Shown here: positions 60,456-64,000 of the stretch, one piece after another
Numbering within the stretch: position 1 is the first letter of the stretch
How the letters are laid out: each line of letters starts with the position of its first letter
Assembly: GCA_964019425.1 (NCBI GenBank)
Contig: OZ025782.1
Span: forward strand, 682,001-746,000
Origin: Flectonema sp. DT1601
Lineage: Eukaryota
Length of the DNA stretch: 64,000 nt
Reading direction: 5' to 3'
Made by a program: the position numbers and the translations under genes
The notes under the pieces: generated by a model
Databases searched by the model: none
Seen by the model: the letters and a program-made list of their open reading frames with translations, nothing else
What the model was told of the DNA's origin: nothing

Positions 60456-63400
60456 ATGCGCTGTCTTGTAGTCTTGTGCTTCGTGATATTAATAGGTGAG
60501 TGTCAGGGTAATGTAACGCCTCACCCACAGCGTGAGAACGCATGTACGAATCACACATCATGCGGTACAGAAAAGTATTGCGCAAACGCATGTCGTGAAT
60601 CACAAGGTTGTCAAACTAGTGCCGGGTCAGCAATCTCGTCAGGTGTTTCTGGTTTGTATTGTGCTCCTTGTTCAAACTGTTCTAGTGAGTATTCATCATC
60701 TGGGACTTGCGCACATTGCAATAAGATAAATGTTTGTTCTTGTACCACCTGCCTCACAGGACAACAGTCCTGCATAGATGTCATCCCTGGAGTGTGTACA
60801 CGAGTGTCAAGAACCTGTACTGCAGTAAATTCTTTTGAATATATTAAAGCAGTTTGGAAAGGAAACTTTCAATACCACACTGTTGAAATAACTAAGTATA
60901 CTGATGATCGTTGTCTCTTGAAGACTTCAGTTGCGGAAAATTCTTGTCAAGTCAGCAAAGACTTCGCTTGTAAGATACCAACAAGTGAGAGAAGTGGGGA
61001 TATCATTGCAACCTGTCCGATGGTATCGAAATACCCAGCATTTGAAATAGTTCGGTACTCTGGAAGTTGTACATCAACCAGTTCTCGTACTTTTACAACA
61101 ACATCAGATGGTGTTTGTAGACGTCTTGAGTACCTAAATCATGAGAATAATAATATTGAAATAACATACATGAAAGCCGTCTGTAGAACATCAGATGCTA
61201 TTTATTCAATCGGTAGAACACTTGATGAGTGTCAGAGAGATATTGGAAAGACCATAACATTCTCAAATAAAGAAAAGTGTATCTCAGACGGATCTGATGG
61301 AACCTTTCACAAACTAACAGCAAGTAGTTGCTTTGAGAAAGACATGAACACAAGCCTACCGACTACTACAAAGATATGTGAGGCTGCTTCTTTTGACGTT
61401 CTTGGGCGATCGACAGGACAGGACTCAGACATAACAAAATCATTAATATGTAAGAGCGGGACAATAAGAGTTAAAAAAGCCTCATACAAAAGCAGTCCCT
61501 GCACTGCTACGAATCGCTTGTGTCATACTACAGCAACTCAAAGCAACACCTGTGTTTCTTGTGTTACTGATATTGATGTCACCAGTGATGTAAAAACAAT
61601 ATGTCAAGATAAGAAAGCTTGCAATTTAAATGTTCCGGGAATCGTGCAGGGAGTTGTAAACGCTTTGCGTTGTTCCAACGCAAAGTATCTCGAAATAGAA
61701 TACGGATGTTCTCATTGCAGCTCACATGTTGTAATTCAAAGACCAACTGTTGCTCCTGTAAATTGTGGTGATTGTTTCTTCACACCTGATAGCAGTCAAT
61801 GTAGAGATGGTTGTATCTGTTTATCTCCAACAGCTGAAGCATGTCAATGTAAACAATACGAATACGTACCCCCAACAACAAGTGATTGGTTAGCTGGTAA
61901 GTTAGATCTAAACCCGATGTTCCTTCCAACTGTTTGCAGGCACCCAGAAACATATTCATGTAGAGCTGCAGAAAGTAATGGAAGCTGCAAGACGGATTAC
62001 ACAGCCTGTCATCAGTGTGGTTGTACAGATACCACGAAGATATATTCATTCCCTGCAGTGACCTGTTTATCTTCTTCTGGTTCATGTACAGATCCAACAG
62101 GTGTTGCTACTTGTTCTGGATTATCAACATGTTCTAAAGTATCAACGCCTCCTCCAGGACAGTATTGTGGTTGTCGTAGATATATTCATCCTCTTACTAG
62201 TAATATGGGAAACTCTTTGTTGTGTATTAGTCAAGCAGGGGATTGCTATGTCTCTACATCTGGTAGGTGTGCTGCTGGTCTGAGTCTCTGCCACCAATGT
62301 GGATGTGGAACACTGCAAGGGAATAATGAAGAAACTGAAGGAGCAACGTTCTGCATTAGTAAAGTGACAAACCAATGCACTTTATCACCTTCGAGAACAT
62401 GCGACTTATCAGAACAACGTTGTCAAACAACTGCTTTGAGTAACTCGAGTGATGTCACTCCACAACAAGCATGTGGATGTGGAGATACTTCATTACGAGG
62501 AATAGTATGTGTTCACGGTAATCCTGTTAATGGAATAAAATGCAGTGATCCAATTGAAGTAGGAGAGCTTCTAACTTGTCCAGATGGCGCTTTTATCTGC
62601 GCAGCAACATCAGCAAATCAACTGGAACGTCTTACTTTTAGTACCTCTGTCAGTTCAGTTGTTGACAAGACTGTCTTCGATTCCTTAGTGACTGAGATGG
62701 CTAAGCACAGTGTTACCCTAAAGCTGGACATATCATGTCCCGCAACTGCTTTTCAGTGTACAGAGTTACCTTGTTCGTTCGCACGTCCTGATATGGTGAA
62801 TAGAGGTTGTACTGATTACAGACCACTCAATGGTATTCCTTTACAGAGAAGTATTGAAGTTCAACAACAATCACCATCGCCTACAACTAAAATATTAGAC
62901 TTTTACTTAACATCAACATCAGGTGACAGTGTTCAAAATATAAGAAACGCGAGAAGCGCGGTGGCCACACAATTATCAGCATTTGGTGCTTCTGGGTACC
63001 TAGTCTTAGCTCCTGGTGGTATTATTGTGAGAGCTGTGACACCAACACCTACTATTGCTGTGTTTACTTCAAGTAGTAGTTCAAAATCGTGTGAAACTGC
63101 TTGTATTGTAGTTATTATCTTCATAGTGTTGTTTGCAATAGCCATTGCTGCTATCTTATATTGGAAATGTATTCTTAAGAAACCTTTTTGTTTTGGAGAT
63201 GATGAATCAAACGACAAGGCTGAAGAAGGAATGATCCCCGTAGCAGGAATAGTAACAACTCGTAATCTTGGAGTAGAGGCAGCTGGAATGGCTTTTCCTC
63301 AACGATCAAACCCAATGGATCGATTACATGAAATGTCAATAAATAATACTCGAAATGCTGGTAATACACCTGCTGTGATAGATGTCCCTGAAAACGGTTG

Positions 63401-64000
63401 GCAGATTGGAGCTGCCTGTGAAGCTGAATACCACGGCTCTTGGCATCCAGCAACCATCACTGACTTCGATGGAGAACTTTATGAAGTTAAATGGACTGAA
63501 GATGACACTTTATCAAAAGTTCTACCAGCAGAACTCCGTGCTCACACCTCAATAATTGACACCGCTATTGCTGCTGGAGCAGTGCCGGTACCGTCGGGTG
63601 CAACTCCAGTCGTTGAGGCGACGGAATCTGGTGTTGCTATTCCGATATCAGAGGTAGTCGGTGATCCAGTTGATACTCCACAGAAATCTGAGAATGATCA
63701 AATAAACAAGGGACTGGAAAGTATAACTAGCGGTAACGGCTTTGCGCAACCCATTTCAAGTGCAGCAGAGGGTACAGCCCCTGATGGTTTTGCACAACCC
63801 GTTTCGAGTGTAGTGGAGGGCGCAGCACAACCCGTTTCGAGTGCAGTAGAGGGAGGTCTTGCGCAACCCGTTTCGAGTGTAGTGGAGGGAGGCTTTGCAC
63901 AACCCGTTTCGAGTGTAGTGGAGGGAGGCTTTGCACAACCCGTTTCAAGCACATTAGGAGGAGCGATACCTGATGGTGCGCAATCCGTATCGGCACCGCA
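60456..64000 (+). CDS. Type I membrane protein: signal peptide, Cys-rich repeats, SUEL-type lectin-like domain, TM, cytoplasmic Tudor/Agenet-like domain, 12-aa repeats (partial, runs off the right edge)
   Basis: Hand translation of several blocks, all in one frame: MRCLVVLCFVILIGECQG...; KICE...LICKSGTIRVKKASY...VKTICQDKKAC...C..KYLEIEYGC; TM CIVVIIFIVLFAIAIAAILYW; WQIGAACEAEYHGSWHPATI...YEVKW...ELR. Its absence from the track fits an ORF with no stop in the window. Confidence 0.88.
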   Translation, partial: MRCLVVLCFVILIGECQGNVTPHPQRENACTNHTSCGTEKYCANACRESQGCQTSAGSAISSGVSGLYCAPCSNCSSEYSSSGTCAHCNKINVCSCTTCLTGQQSCIDVIPGVCTRVSRTCTAVNSFEYIKAVWKGNFQYHTVEITKYTDDRCLLKTSVAENSCQVSKDFACKIPTSERSGDIIATCPMVSKYPAFEIVRYSGSCTSTSSRTFTTTSDGVCRRLEYLNHENNNIEITYMKAVCRTSDAIYSIGRTLDECQRDIGKTITFSNKEKCISDGSDGTFHKLTASSCFEKDMNTSLPTTTKICEAASFDVLGRSTGQDSDITKSLICKSGTIRVKKASYKSSPCTATNRLCHTTATQSNTCVSCVTDIDVTSDVKTICQDKKACNLNVPGIVQGVVNALRCSNAKYLEIEYGCSHCSSHVVIQRPTVAPVNCGDCFFTPDSSQCRDGCICLSPTAEACQCKQYEYVPPTTSDWLAGKLDLNPMFLPTVCRHPETYSCRAAESNGSCKTDYTACHQCGCTDTTKIYSFPAVTCLSSSGSCTDPTGVATCSGLSTCSKVSTPPPGQYCGCRRYIHPLTSNMGNSLLCISQAGDCYVSTSGRCAAGLSLCHQCGCGTLQGNNEETEGATFCISKVTNQCTLSPSRTCDLSEQRCQTTALSNSSDVTPQQACGCGDTSLRGIVCVHGNPVNGIKCSDPIEVGELLTCPDGAFICAATSANQLERLTFSTSVSSVVDKTVFDSLVTEMAKHSVTLKLDISCPATAFQCTELPCSFARPDMVNRGCTDYRPLNGIPLQRSIEVQQQSPSPTTKILDFYLTSTSGDSVQNIRNARSAVATQLSAFGASGYLVLAPGGIIVRAVTPTPTIAVFTSSSSSKSCETACIVVIIFIVLFAIAIAAILYWKCILKKPFCFGDDESNDKAEEGMIPVAGIVTTRNLGVEAAGMAFPQRSNPMDRLHEMSINNTRNAGNTPAVIDVPENGWQIGAACEAEYHGSWHPATITDFDGELYEVKWTEDDTLSKVLPAELRAHTSIIDTAIAAGAVPVPSGATPVVEATESGVAIPISEVVGDPVDTPQKSENDQINKGLESITSGNGFAQPISSAAEGTAPDGFAQPVSSVVEGAAQPVSSAVEGGLAQPVSSVVEGGFAQPVSSVVEGGFAQPVSSTLGGAIPDGAQSVSAP
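63741..63950 (+). repeat. Coding minisatellite, ~36-bp unit (FAQPVSSVVEGG) x ~6
   Basis: GCACAACCCGTTTCGAGTGTAGTGGAGGGAGGCTTT units seen directly. Confidence 0.9.

Noticed and set aside
63698..63996. Minus-strand repeat ORFs (LETGCAKPPSTT etc.)
   Set aside because: Antisense of the 36-bp coding minisatellite in the + strand receptor gene.

Overview
Eukaryotic, AT-rich nuclear DNA with long poly-A/poly-T intergenic tracts. I can support 23 protein-coding genes (two cut by the window edges), and all lie on the + strand. Several have short GT-AG introns, and most have an unpaired 3' splice acceptor (YAG) about 10-45 nt before the ATG. That layout suggests polycistronic transcription with spliced-leader trans-splicing plus cis-splicing, as in a free-living euglenozoan (diplonemid-like); this is inference only. 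Recognisable products: SMG7/EST1-like protein, LRRC56, degenerate kinesin, S1 arylsulfatase next to a TauE/SafE transporter, divergent TBP-like protein, SPRY-like protein and an A9/Ig-domain CaaX protein. A >1180-aa Cys-rich SUEL-lectin/TM/Tudor-like receptor at the right edge is absent from the ORF track. Non-coding features: a ~125-nt degenerate 28S rRNA fragment carrying the I-PpoI/R2 target site, a four-copy repeat with asymmetric inverted repeats plus a hairpin, two TIR-bounded elements, a two-copy hairpin repeat, a structured 429-nt intron and a (TAAA)n microsatellite. Most short ORFs in the track are homopolymer or antisense artefacts. All domain calls are by eye, without database searches.
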